A stretch of DNA of 24,000 bases from an uncultured Cellvibrio sp. (GCA_966252135.1 CBINNU010000014.1:38041-62040); one strand, 5' to 3'; shown: positions 10,844 to 18,719, numbered from the stretch's first letter. The notes: a model not told the origin generated them from the sequence alone. Made by a program: numbers and translations.

Positions 10844-12469
10844 ATGAAACCAGATTCCCCATTGCGTGCAGAGGCTGATAGCCGATTTACTGATAAAGAC
10901 GCGAATATACAAGCTGGATTATTTGATCAGGATTTTGATGCTCCATCGACATCGACAAGTGTGTTGAACGATTATCGGCAGCGATACGGTTTGTCCGAAG
11001 ATCCGTTTGCGGATGATCCCGGGTTTCCGTTATTCACTGGCGGTGGCCGTCGACAATTACTCGATCAACTCTTGCATCTGTGTCAGTTCAGCCATCAGTT
11101 GTTGGTGATAACAGGTGAGCCGGGCGTGGGTAAAACCCGCATCGCACATGCGCTGGCAGATTCATTGGAGGAACAGGACGAATTGTGTTTTCTTGCACTC
11201 AGTCCGGGCCAATCACTCGAACAAATTTTGGTCGCGATTGCCGAATCGTTTAATTTGGAAATTCCAGTCGCTGTTAGCGCTGAAAATTTATTAACACTTA
11301 TTGAACAGCATATTGCTGATAATTTTTCGACTGATTCCGATGACGAAAACGACGGTTTAATTTTATTAATTATTGATAATGCCGAACATCTGGATTCGCC
11401 ATCTATCGCCGTTTTGGCGTCACTGATCGAAAACAAATCTCAGCCGTATCCGTTACATTTGGTATTGGTCGGTGAACCTTTATTAGTGTCGCGACTGGAT
11501 GGACTGCAATCAGAAAATTTGCAAATCAGCGATTTTCACTTGCCCGCCTTGAGCTTGGATGAAACTGTTGATTATTTAAATTTCCGAATGGAAATGGCCG
11601 ATTATCTGGGGTCGGAAATATTTACTGATGCTATGGTTGACCCCTGGTGGCGCCAATCGCGTGGACAATTAAATCTTATTCACGAGATGGCGCAGGATAA
11701 ATTGCTGGAATCCGTTACGCCTGAAGCGCCGCGTTCACGATCGCAACTGCCGGTGTTTCACATGATCGCAATTTCTGCTGTGATTGCGATTGCAACGGTT
11801 ATGTATATTTATTTGGATGATCCTGAGCCATCATCTGACTTGAAAGTAGTGGTTCCGGTACAGCAATCTTCAGTTGCTGCTGTCGCTGCATCAACGGCCA
11901 GTTCAATCGCGTTGACTAAAACAGAAACTTCAACACAACCTCTGTTGCCTTCTTTGCCGCAAGCACAGTCTGTGTCCAGTGTTGCGACAATTACTACGCC
12001 GCAAACTGCTGTATCACAACCCGCAGTAAATACAACATCAGTTGCTGCGACAACACCTGTGGTTGAAGCACCAGTGCCCGTTGAAACTCCGCAACCTGTT
12101 GAAAAACCGGTTGAAGTGGTTGTCAAATCATCCGTGAGTGCAAAAATAACTGAAGCCAAACCCTCGGGCAGTTACTCGGCAGATGAAGAAAAAATTCTCA
12201 ATTGGTCGGCCAATCAATTTACGATTCAGTTGTTGGGTGTGAGCAGTTTAAAAGCCGCAAAAGAATTTGTGTCGTCACAATCCAACGCGCGTGATTTATT
12301 AATTTTTAAAACACGGCGTGCAGGAAAAGATTGGTTTGTGGTAATCACCGGGCACTATACTTCCAATGCGCAAGCAAGGTCGGCAATCAATCAATTGCCT
12401 GGGGTTCAGCGCGAAGCAGGGCCCTGGCCGCGACAAATTAAAGTGATTCAGGATGAAATTCGTCAATAG
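10844..12469 (+). CDS. ExeA/MshM-like P-loop ATPase - TM - Pro/Ala/Val-rich linker - SPOR (peptidoglycan-binding) domain protein; positional equivalent of DamX
   Basis: I chose ATG 10844 because it is preceded by AGGAAAGG and the longer ORF start (10736) overlaps aroB. The N-terminal module has YRQRYGLSEDPF, Walker A GEPGVGKT (11114-11137) and LILLIIDNAEH. The TM helix is VFHMIAISAVIAIATVMYIYL. The C-terminal SPOR signature is FTIQLLGVSS...DWFVVITGHYTSNAQARSAINQLP. Confidence 0.8.
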   Translation: MKPDSPLRAEADSRFTDKDANIQAGLFDQDFDAPSTSTSVLNDYRQRYGLSEDPFADDPGFPLFTGGGRRQLLDQLLHLCQFSHQLLVITGEPGVGKTRIAHALADSLEEQDELCFLALSPGQSLEQILVAIAESFNLEIPVAVSAENLLTLIEQHIADNFSTDSDDENDGLILLIIDNAEHLDSPSIAVLASLIENKSQPYPLHLVLVGEPLLVSRLDGLQSENLQISDFHLPALSLDETVDYLNFRMEMADYLGSEIFTDAMVDPWWRQSRGQLNLIHEMAQDKLLESVTPEAPRSRSQLPVFHMIAISAVIAIATVMYIYLDDPEPSSDLKVVVPVQQSSVAAVAASTASSIALTKTETSTQPLLPSLPQAQSVSSVATITTPQTAVSQPAVNTTSVAATTPVVEAPVPVETPQPVEKPVEVVVKSSVSAKITEAKPSGSYSADEEKILNWSANQFTIQLLGVSSLKAAKEFVSSQSNARDLLIFKTRRAGKDWFVVITGHYTSNAQARSAINQLPGVQREAGPWPRQIKVIQDEIRQ

Positions 12470-12495
12470 CAACGGCAAAAAAATGAGCTGTATTC

Positions 12496-12867
12496 ATGGC
12501 ATATGATGTTGAGATAAAAGTTAAAACCCAATGGATCGAAAAGGATTCTGATCCGGCAATACCGCGTTATGTCTTTGCCTACACTATTAGCATCACCAAT
12601 CGCTCTCTGGTGTCCATGCAATTGATGTCGCGTCATTGGATAATCACTGACGAAAAACAGCAAGTGCAAGAGGTCAAAGGGCAAGGTGTTGTTGGGCAGC
12701 AACCGGTATTTGCGCCGGGTGCCAGTTTTACTTATACCAGTAGTGTGATTTTGCCGACTGAAGTTGGCAGTATGCGCGGCACCTATCAAATGCGTTTGAG
12801 TTCGGGCGAAGAATTTGATGCAGAAATTTCTGAATTTATTCTTGTTCACCCCAAGCGACTGCATTAA
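12496..12867 (+). CDS. apaG: ApaG (DUF525) protein
   Basis: 123 aa. The sequence ...YVFAYTISITNRS...QLMSRHWIITDE...EVKGQGVVGQQPV..PG..FTYTS......G.M.G.Y.M matches the ApaG family pattern. Confidence 0.88.
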   Translation: MAYDVEIKVKTQWIEKDSDPAIPRYVFAYTISITNRSLVSMQLMSRHWIITDEKQQVQEVKGQGVVGQQPVFAPGASFTYTSSVILPTEVGSMRGTYQMRLSSGEEFDAEISEFILVHPKRLH

Positions 12868-12882
12868 ATACAGAAATAAAAA

Positions 12883-13689
12883 ATGCAATTACTGAGTCGC
12901 ATTTTTTTATTCCTGATGCTCAGCTCACTCGCTGCTTGTCAGTTAATGCCCAAAGGCGCTCAATATATTCATGCGCCCGAGTTGGATTTTTCCAGCATTC
13001 AAACAAATAATTTTGATTTGTTGGTGGCAACCAATCGCGTAATTCCAAACAATGTACTGAATGTCTATATCGAAGGAGATGGCACGCCTTGGGTAAATCG
13101 TTATTTTATTGCCAAGGATCCTGGGCCTTATGGAAAATTGGCGTTGGATTTAATGCGACAAGATCCCTATGCCGCTTTTTATTTGGGGCGACCTTGTTAC
13201 TATTCCTGGCGATTACCGCCACAAAAAAATTGTTCACCCATCTTGTGGACGGATGCTCGCTATTCGCAAGAAGTAATTGATGTTATGTCAGCTGCTTTAA
13301 ACCAATTTTTAAATAAAAAACCGTTTCAAAAAATTAATCTGATAGGTCACAGCGGTGGCGGGACTTTGGCTTATTTGATTGCACAGCAAGTTGAAGCAGT
13401 GACTGGCGTTATTATTATTTCCGGTAATTTGGATACTGATGCCTGGACCCGACATCATCACTACACAAGACTAAGTCGATCAGTTAACCCGACAACCGTA
13501 AATGCGCGAAAAAATCTACCGGTGATTTATTTAACGGGAGAAAAAGATCAGGTAGTGCCACCTGATCTTAATAGGGTATTTTTGGAATCGATCCAGGCAA
13601 GAGTGATTGTCAGGCCTGAATATGATCACGTTTGTTGTTGGCGCAACGAGTGGCAGGATTTGATTCACGAGCTGGTAAAAAGTTTGTAG
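12883..13689 (+). CDS. Putative lipoprotein, alpha/beta-hydrolase fold, function unknown
   Basis: 268 aa with a lipobox (LSSLAAC). The nucleophile elbow is LIGHSGGG. Candidate acid and base residues are GEKDQVVP and EYDHVCCW. I cannot assign a specific family. Confidence 0.65.
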   Translation: MQLLSRIFLFLMLSSLAACQLMPKGAQYIHAPELDFSSIQTNNFDLLVATNRVIPNNVLNVYIEGDGTPWVNRYFIAKDPGPYGKLALDLMRQDPYAAFYLGRPCYYSWRLPPQKNCSPILWTDARYSQEVIDVMSAALNQFLNKKPFQKINLIGHSGGGTLAYLIAQQVEAVTGVIIISGNLDTDAWTRHHHYTRLSRSVNPTTVNARKNLPVIYLTGEKDQVVPPDLNRVFLESIQARVIVRPEYDHVCCWRNEWQDLIHELVKSL

Positions 13690-13695
13690 CCACAA

Positions 13696-13727
13696 ACAAA
13701 AACAGCAACCGAAGTTGCTGTTTTTTA
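13696..13727. terminator. Bidirectional rho-independent terminator between the hydrolase gene and gcvH
   Basis: Hairpin ACAGCAAC-CGAA-GTTGCTGT (13702-13721), flanked by CAAAAA upstream and TTTTTT downstream. It sits between convergent stops at 13689 and 13730. Confidence 0.8.
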
Positions 13728-13729
13728 AA

Positions 13730-14122
13730 TTACTCTTCTGATTCGAGCATTTCGCGATATTCACTCGCATCCATAGCTTCTTCGAGCTCAGAAAGATCAT
13801 CAGGCTTGACTCGGAAGAACCAACCCTCGTCGTAAGGTGAACTGTTAACAATTTCAGGGGATTCTTCCAGTGCGTCGTTAACGGCGATGACTTCGCCGGA
13901 CACCAGTGAATAAATATCGGATGCCGCTTTTACGGATTCCACGGTACCTGCTTCTTCGCCCAGTACAACGCGGCTGCCAACTTCTGGTGTTTCAACATAA
14001 ACCACATCACCCAATGCATCTTGTGCGTGATCGGTAATGCCGATAGTGACAGTGCCATCTTCTTCAACGCGTGCCCACTCGTGGCTGCTGAGATATTTCA
14101 ATTCTTTGCGGATATCGCTCAT
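13730..14122 (-). CDS. gcvH: Glycine cleavage system H protein (lipoyl carrier)
   Basis: 130 aa. The lipoyl-lysine motif ESVKAASD is present, and the N-terminus [27 protein letters not shown] is typical. Confidence 0.95.
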   Translation of the reverse strand: MSDIRKELKYLSSHEWARVEEDGTVTIGITDHAQDALGDVVYVETPEVGSRVVLGEEAGTVESVKAASDIYSLVSGEVIAVNDALEESPEIVNSSPYDEGWFFRVKPDDLSELEEAMDASEYREMLESEE

Positions 14123-14152
14123 GATGATTTCCTGTAATAGGTTGTTTCAATA

Positions 14153-14182
14153 AATTTTTTCGGTAAACAATTTTTCGGTAAA
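14153..14182. repeat. Short direct repeat in the gcvT-gcvH spacer
   Basis: AATTTTTTCGGTAAA (14153-14167) and AATTTTTCGGTAAA (14169-14182) are adjacent copies. Significance unknown. Confidence 0.6.
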
Positions 14183-14199
14183 TGAAAAGTACGGCAATA

Positions 14200-15288
14200 T
14201 TAAACCAGAGCTTTGCCATGGCGAACGAAATTAGGTGTTACTTTTTCAACGCTGACCCACTTGCCGCGCATTTCAACTTGCAGCTGTTTGGCAGTGGATT
14301 TAGGCACACGCGCCAGTGCAATAGAAAAACCTAAACTGGGCGAAAAAGTTCCGCTGGTAATAATACCTTTGGTGTCGATTCCGTCTATAGCTACGCTTTG
14401 TTCGGCGCGCATCACGCCTCGCTCGCGTAATACCAGCCCGACCAGTTCTTGTGTTGTCGGGTCAGCTTTTTGTTTTTCGAGGGCGGCGCGGCCGATAAAG
14501 TCGCGGTTCGCAGGTTCCCAGGCAATGGTCCAGCCCATGTTAGCTGACAGCGGCGAAACCGATTCATCCATTTCGTGGCCGTATAAATTCATACCAGCTT
14601 CAAGGCGAAGAGTATCGCGAGCGCCTAATCCACAAGGGGCAACTCCCACCGCTGCCAGCTTCTTCCAAAAACTTTCTGCTTCTGCGTTAGGCAACATAAT
14701 TTCATAACCGTCTTCGCCGGTGTAGCCGGTGCGGGCGATAAACCAATTGCCAACCGCCAATCCCTGAAACACTTTTAATTCTTTACTGGTTTGTTTTTGT
14801 GCATCGCTCATACAGCTTTGCGCAAGCTCTATGGCTTTGGGGCCTTGTATCGCGATCATCGCCAGATCGGCGCGCTCATTGATGGTGATATCAAAACCGG
14901 ATTTTTGCTGATGCATCCAATCCAGATCTTTTTCGCGTGTGCTGCAATTAACCACGACTCTGTACCAACCATCCATGTTGTAGACGATCAAATCATCAAT
15001 CACGCCGCCTTGTTCATTGAGCATGCCGGAGTAGAGTGCTTTGCCGATCAGGTTGTCCAGCTTGGCGACGTCGTTGGCGAGCAGGCGCTGCAGATAAGCT
15101 TTGGCATCGGGGCCGGTCACATCCACTACTGTCATGTGTGACACATCAAACATACCGGCAGACTGACGCACCTTGTGGTGTTCTTCCAGCTGGGACCCGT
15201 AATGCAATGGCATATCCCAGCCGCCAAAATCAACCAGCTTGCCCCCCATTTCCTGGTGGACAGCGTAAAGAGGGGTTTTGTGACCCAT
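14200..15288 (-). CDS. gcvT: Glycine cleavage system T protein (aminomethyltransferase)
   Basis: 362 aa. The N-terminus [38 protein letters not shown] and the motif [18 protein letters not shown] are seen. It lies directly upstream of gcvH. Confidence 0.95.
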   Translation of the reverse strand: MGHKTPLYAVHQEMGGKLVDFGGWDMPLHYGSQLEEHHKVRQSAGMFDVSHMTVVDVTGPDAKAYLQRLLANDVAKLDNLIGKALYSGMLNEQGGVIDDLIVYNMDGWYRVVVNCSTREKDLDWMHQQKSGFDITINERADLAMIAIQGPKAIELAQSCMSDAQKQTSKELKVFQGLAVGNWFIARTGYTGEDGYEIMLPNAEAESFWKKLAAVGVAPCGLGARDTLRLEAGMNLYGHEMDESVSPLSANMGWTIAWEPANRDFIGRAALEKQKADPTTQELVGLVLRERGVMRAEQSVAIDGIDTKGIITSGTFSPSLGFSIALARVPKSTAKQLQVEMRGKWVSVEKVTPNFVRHGKALV

Positions 15289-15305
15289 GAGAATTACCTG
15301 CGGCG

Positions 15306-15334
15306 ATTAAAAAGGCCGCCATTCTAGGCGGCCG
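15306..15334 (-). terminator. Rho-independent terminator after the protease/FHA-like gene pair
   Basis: The minus strand reads GGCCGCC-TAGAAT-GGCGGCC followed by TTTTTAAT. It lies about 30 nt downstream of the stop at 15366. Confidence 0.75.
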
Positions 15335-15365
15335 TGGCTAAAAAATGAATGTTAATTTGAGCGGA

Positions 15366-16322
15366 TTAGTCTTCGGCCTTGTCTTCTTTGCGATTTTTGT
15401 CGGCGGTCTCTTTGAGGGATTCAATACCTTTCGATAAATCCTCCAGACTAATTTCGTTACTGATGCGCACCACTGGTGGATAAATCACGTCCATATACAG
15501 CTTGTCGCGGAAGTAATGGCTGGACTGATAGTTCTGCACCAATACTACGATAGAGGCAAACAGGGTGACTCCGCCCACATAAAATTTGATGCGTTCGGAT
15601 TGTTTAATGCCGAGGCTCATCAAGTGATAGTAGATGGTCACGGCAGCGATCAATATTCCCGGATGCGCCGTGAAAGTTGCCAGCCATTCCCAGCTAAAGG
15701 CGTAGGCTAACAAGCTGCTGAGAGTTTCCCATAAAGTGGTAGCGAGAATACCGCAGGCGGCGATTAATGCGTGGCGACCGAAACGGGTACGACCACTTAA
15801 CAATCGATTCACCAATGACCAAATCCCGACCCAGCCAGCCGTGGCGGTTAATACGCCGACCAGTGTTAATAAATATTCGCTGATATTTTTATCCTGAAAA
15901 TCGCTGATCCATTGCTCGAATAAACCACTGGCGCTCACGATCAGCACCGCGATCAAACTGGCCAACCAGCCGTCCCAACGGTGATCGGACAGATCCAGTT
16001 TTTCGGCTGGCATTTGATAATCAATAGCGCGAATACGAATTTCACTGCGGCCCAAACGATAATAATTGTCAGGGTTCACCACAAAAAATGTATCGCGTTG
16101 ATTGTCTTGTTTGATGGCGTTGACGCTGCCCAAATCGCGCAGGGTAATTTCATCCAGTTGATTTTTTTCGATGATGGCGTGATGTGCAGCCGCATAGCTA
16201 TCGTCCAGAATAATATCGTTGTCGTAAGCGCTGCCGATACGCACGGGTAATTCATCAAAACGAAATCGTTGTGCAACGTCACCAGCGGCTGTCATCAGTT
16301 CAATAAATAAAGGCTTATTCAT
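15366..16322 (-). CDS. Polytopic inner-membrane protein with N-terminal (cytoplasmic) FHA-like domain
   Basis: The first ~100 residues resemble an FHA domain (VRIGSAYDNDIILDDSYAAAHHAIIE...LRDLGSVNAIKQDN...YRLGRSEIRI). About five hydrophobic helices follow (LASLIAVLIVSASGLF, LLTLVGVLTATAGWVGIWSLV, ALIAACGILATTLW, ILIAAVTIYYHLMSL, VGGVTLFASIVVLV). I prefer ATG 16322 because AAGGA lies 8 nt upstream and it forms ATGAATAA with the upstream stop. ATG 16331 is the longest-ORF alternative. Confidence 0.7.
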   Translation of the reverse strand: MNKPLFIELMTAAGDVAQRFRFDELPVRIGSAYDNDIILDDSYAAAHHAIIEKNQLDEITLRDLGSVNAIKQDNQRDTFFVVNPDNYYRLGRSEIRIRAIDYQMPAEKLDLSDHRWDGWLASLIAVLIVSASGLFEQWISDFQDKNISEYLLTLVGVLTATAGWVGIWSLVNRLLSGRTRFGRHALIAACGILATTLWETLSSLLAYAFSWEWLATFTAHPGILIAAVTIYYHLMSLGIKQSERIKFYVGGVTLFASIVVLVQNYQSSHYFRDKLYMDVIYPPVVRISNEISLEDLSKGIESLKETADKNRKEDKAED

Positions 16323-17730
16323 CTTGCGCATCCTTTTCTTTATTGTTGCTGTGAGTCGAATCGCTGGATTGAGCAGACGTATTTTTGGAATCTTTGGCAG
16401 AGGATTTATCTGCGACTGGATTTGTGGATTTGGTTTCCGTGCGGCTCAAGTTACTTAAAAATTCGTTAATTAATTTCATGCCGGTTTCATAGGCTACACC
16501 GCGAATATTCATCATGCTTTGCAAGCTTGAACGAGCATCATCGCTGCTGGCTGTGATCAAAGTGAAATCATAAAGTCCGGCAAATTTGTGATAAGCCTCG
16601 GTGCAAACTTGCACACGCATTTTCACATTTTGCAATTGCACAAAATTTTCAGTGCAGGCAGCAGGGGTCAGCACATTACTGTACGCCGAGCTGTAAACCT
16701 GATGGGCAAAGTGTTGGCCGGATAATCTGGCGAATTGCCAGCTGTTTAATTTTTTATTGCGCATGTAACTGTGCGACATGGATATGTGGCCGGTTTGCAT
16801 AGTGTCGGACACAAAAATTTCTGATTCCATTGCACATTGAATGCTGGCGCTGCTGACTTTTTTATCACTGCCATCATCCGAGTCGCCCCAACAGCGCACT
16901 TGATCCGATTCCCGAACCGGTACGCGATAATCGCCCAGTTCTTTCATGTCGAAAGGTTTGCCCAACAAAATATCGAACATCACTTCTTGATGAGCGAGTA
17001 ATTGCTCGCCGATCATAGGTTTGAAATCGGAAGGTGCTTCCATGGTTGCAGAAGTTTTGGCTAATAATTTTTGTGCGTAGTGAATCGGTACCAAAAAGCT
17101 AACCAATTCGCCATCGAGACGGCGCGCGACATTAACGCCAGCCAGCTCACCATTAGCGGTAATATTGGGGCCGCCGCTCATGCCGGGATTCACCGGGCCG
17201 GTAAACATATATTGTTCAGAAAAACCGCGCGTGTTTAAACCGTTGTAAGTGCCCTCGGTAATAGAAAATCCCAAATCCAGCGGGTTGCCGAGTGAATATA
17301 AATTTTCACCCTGTTTTAATTTCGCGAGTGATTTTTTATCGTCAATTTGGGGGATTTGATAAAAGCCTGTGCCTTGTTGTTTGTCCACGCGAACAATTGC
17401 CAGGTCATGCAACACATCGACGGCCAACACCACAAAATCACCGCTTTCGCCGCGAGTATTTTTGTATTCGCCGAAATAAGTTTCGGGCTCCAATGCAATT
17501 TGCGAAACCACATGAAAATTGGTGACGGCGAGATTACCTGTGCCGATTAAAAATGCAGAACCTACCGAGGATTGGCTGCGACCATTTTTGGTGAGCACGC
17601 GCAGCTTAAGCAAATCTTTTTCGGCCTTTTCAAACAAGGCTTGGGCAGTGGAAGAAGGTTTGGGTAAGTTGTTAGCAAGAGCGGGCACTGCGCAAATAAA
17701 CAATAACAAACACAGGGACAATCGTTTCAT
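16315..17730 (-). CDS. Exported trypsin-fold (S1 family) serine protease with an unrecognised C-terminal domain
   Basis: 471 aa with signal peptide MKRLSLCLLLFICAVPALA. Catalytic triad candidates are His73 (VTNFHVV), Asp109 (HDLAIVRV) and Ser185 (NPGMSGGP). AAGGA precedes the ATG. Confidence 0.8.
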   Translation of the reverse strand: MKRLSLCLLLFICAVPALANNLPKPSSTAQALFEKAEKDLLKLRVLTKNGRSQSSVGSAFLIGTGNLAVTNFHVVSQIALEPETYFGEYKNTRGESGDFVVLAVDVLHDLAIVRVDKQQGTGFYQIPQIDDKKSLAKLKQGENLYSLGNPLDLGFSITEGTYNGLNTRGFSEQYMFTGPVNPGMSGGPNITANGELAGVNVARRLDGELVSFLVPIHYAQKLLAKTSATMEAPSDFKPMIGEQLLAHQEVMFDILLGKPFDMKELGDYRVPVRESDQVRCWGDSDDGSDKKVSSASIQCAMESEIFVSDTMQTGHISMSHSYMRNKKLNSWQFARLSGQHFAHQVYSSAYSNVLTPAACTENFVQLQNVKMRVQVCTEAYHKFAGLYDFTLITASSDDARSSLQSMMNIRGVAYETGMKLINEFLSNLSRTETKSTNPVADKSSAKDSKNTSAQSSDSTHSNNKEKDAQDE

Positions 17731-17803
17731 GTTGATCCTTGGTTAATCAGGGCGGCCCATTGTGCCCAGTTATGCCGGGCTGAAACAAGAGCCGCTAATG
17801 GAT

Positions 17804-18529
17804 TCATCCGGCCAAAGGCGTTCGGGCAATTGCCCAGATCACCACCGAGGCTGCGCCTTTATTCATCAAGGCTTGACTCATTTCGCGCGCAGTTGCGCCA
17901 GTAGTCACTACATCGTCCACCACCGCAATATGTCGGCCTTGAATCCGGTTTTGCAATTGGCGATTAATAAGAAACGCATCACGCAAGTTTTGTTCCCGGT
18001 TTTTTTTGTTGGATTCTTTTTGCGTCTGTTGTTGATGCCGTCTTGAACAATGGACTAGCGGAATCTGCAAGGCTTTGGACAAATCCCTCGCTAGCAATTC
18101 ACTTTGGTTAAATCCACGTTTCATTTGTCGCCACCAATGCAGCGGCACTGGAATTAGCAGATCGGGCAGTTGCTGGTATTGATAGTCGTCCCGCAAAAAA
18201 TCGATCATCAATTGGGATAATAATTTTCCCTTTGCAAAGCCATGATTGAATTTGAAGTCTAGAATCAATTTATCTAGCGGGTAGGCGTAGCGAAACGGGA
18301 TTCTCGCGGATGAAAACGCCGGTGGTTTTTGCAAGCATTGTCCGCAGGCAGTTGCGGAGGTGTCAGCCAGCGGCAGCGCGCAGATCTGGCAGCTATGACC
18401 CAGCCAGGGCAGTGCGTAATGACAATATTCGCAGAGCCACAGACTGGCATCAGGGTGGAGGCTGGAATGGCAACAACTGCATCTGGGTGGTAAAAAATGT
18501 GCGAGCAGAGAATAGGGGAGTGATTTCAT
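17804..18529 (-). CDS. comF: ComF-family phosphoribosyltransferase-domain protein (competence protein ComFC-like)
   Basis: The PRPP-binding motif is IAVVDDVVTTGATAREM. N-terminal Cys clusters are CSCCHS...CEYCHY...CQIC...CGQC. Start ATG 18529 (MKSLPYSL) is preceded by GGAAGGAAC. In-frame alternatives lie at 18541/18544 and at the longest-ORF start 18604. Confidence 0.85.
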   Translation of the reverse strand: MKSLPYSLLAHFLPPRCSCCHSSLHPDASLWLCEYCHYALPWLGHSCQICALPLADTSATACGQCLQKPPAFSSARIPFRYAYPLDKLILDFKFNHGFAKGKLLSQLMIDFLRDDYQYQQLPDLLIPVPLHWWRQMKRGFNQSELLARDLSKALQIPLVHCSRRHQQQTQKESNKKNREQNLRDAFLINRQLQNRIQGRHIAVVDDVVTTGATAREMSQALMNKGAASVVIWAIARTPLAG

Positions 18530-18555
18530 GGTTCCTTCCATCATAGTTCCTTCCA
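18526..18555. repeat. 15-bp tandem duplication covering the comF Shine-Dalgarno and start codon
   Basis: On the forward strand TCATGGTTCCTTCCA (18526-18540) is followed by TCATAGTTCCTTCCA (18541-18555), with one mismatch. The minus strand reads TGGAAGGAACTATGA TGGAAGGAACCATGA. Confidence 0.85.
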
Positions 18556-18719
18556 ATATCTTGAATCGCTGGCGCATAAAAAACGCGTTTTTATTCGCAA
18601 ACAATATTTCCGTTTATTGACCAGTTGGTGGCTAATGCGACGCCAATCTACTGAATAATCCTGACGCGGGCAAGCCAGCTATCAATAACAAAATAATAAC
18701 GATCAAGGTAAAACATATA

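Noticed and set aside
11850-12130. Repetitive-looking stretch (PVE / CCNGTTGAA micro-repeats) considered as a DNA tandem repeat or CRISPR-like array
   Set aside because: It lies in frame within the linker of the AAA-SPOR protein. The units are short, degenerate and not regularly spaced. This is low-complexity coding sequence typical of periplasmic linkers.
12463-12888. 141-aa minus-strand ORF spanning the whole of apaG
   Set aside because: The plus-strand frame gives a clear ApaG sequence. The antisense translation (MHFLFLYLMQSLGVNKNKFRNFCIKFF...) has no motifs and an odd composition, so it is a shadow ORF.
13730-15288. gcvT-gcvH without gcvP as a possible truncated or rearranged operon
   Set aside because: Split gcv loci with gcvP elsewhere are common. 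A strong bidirectional terminator directly follows gcvH, and there is no sign of a gene remnant. This cannot be judged further from one window.
14213-15290. Plus-strand ORFs 14213-14707, 14791-15141 and 15036-15290 antisense to gcvT
   Set aside because: gcvT on the minus strand is unambiguous. The antisense products are Arg/Ser/Pro/Ala-rich with no motifs.
15289-15365. Possible glycine riboswitch upstream of gcvT
   Set aside because: Only 77 nt separate gcvT from the upstream gene, and about 30 nt of that is that gene's terminator hairpin. This is too short for a glycine aptamer, single or tandem, and I saw no conserved aptamer core.
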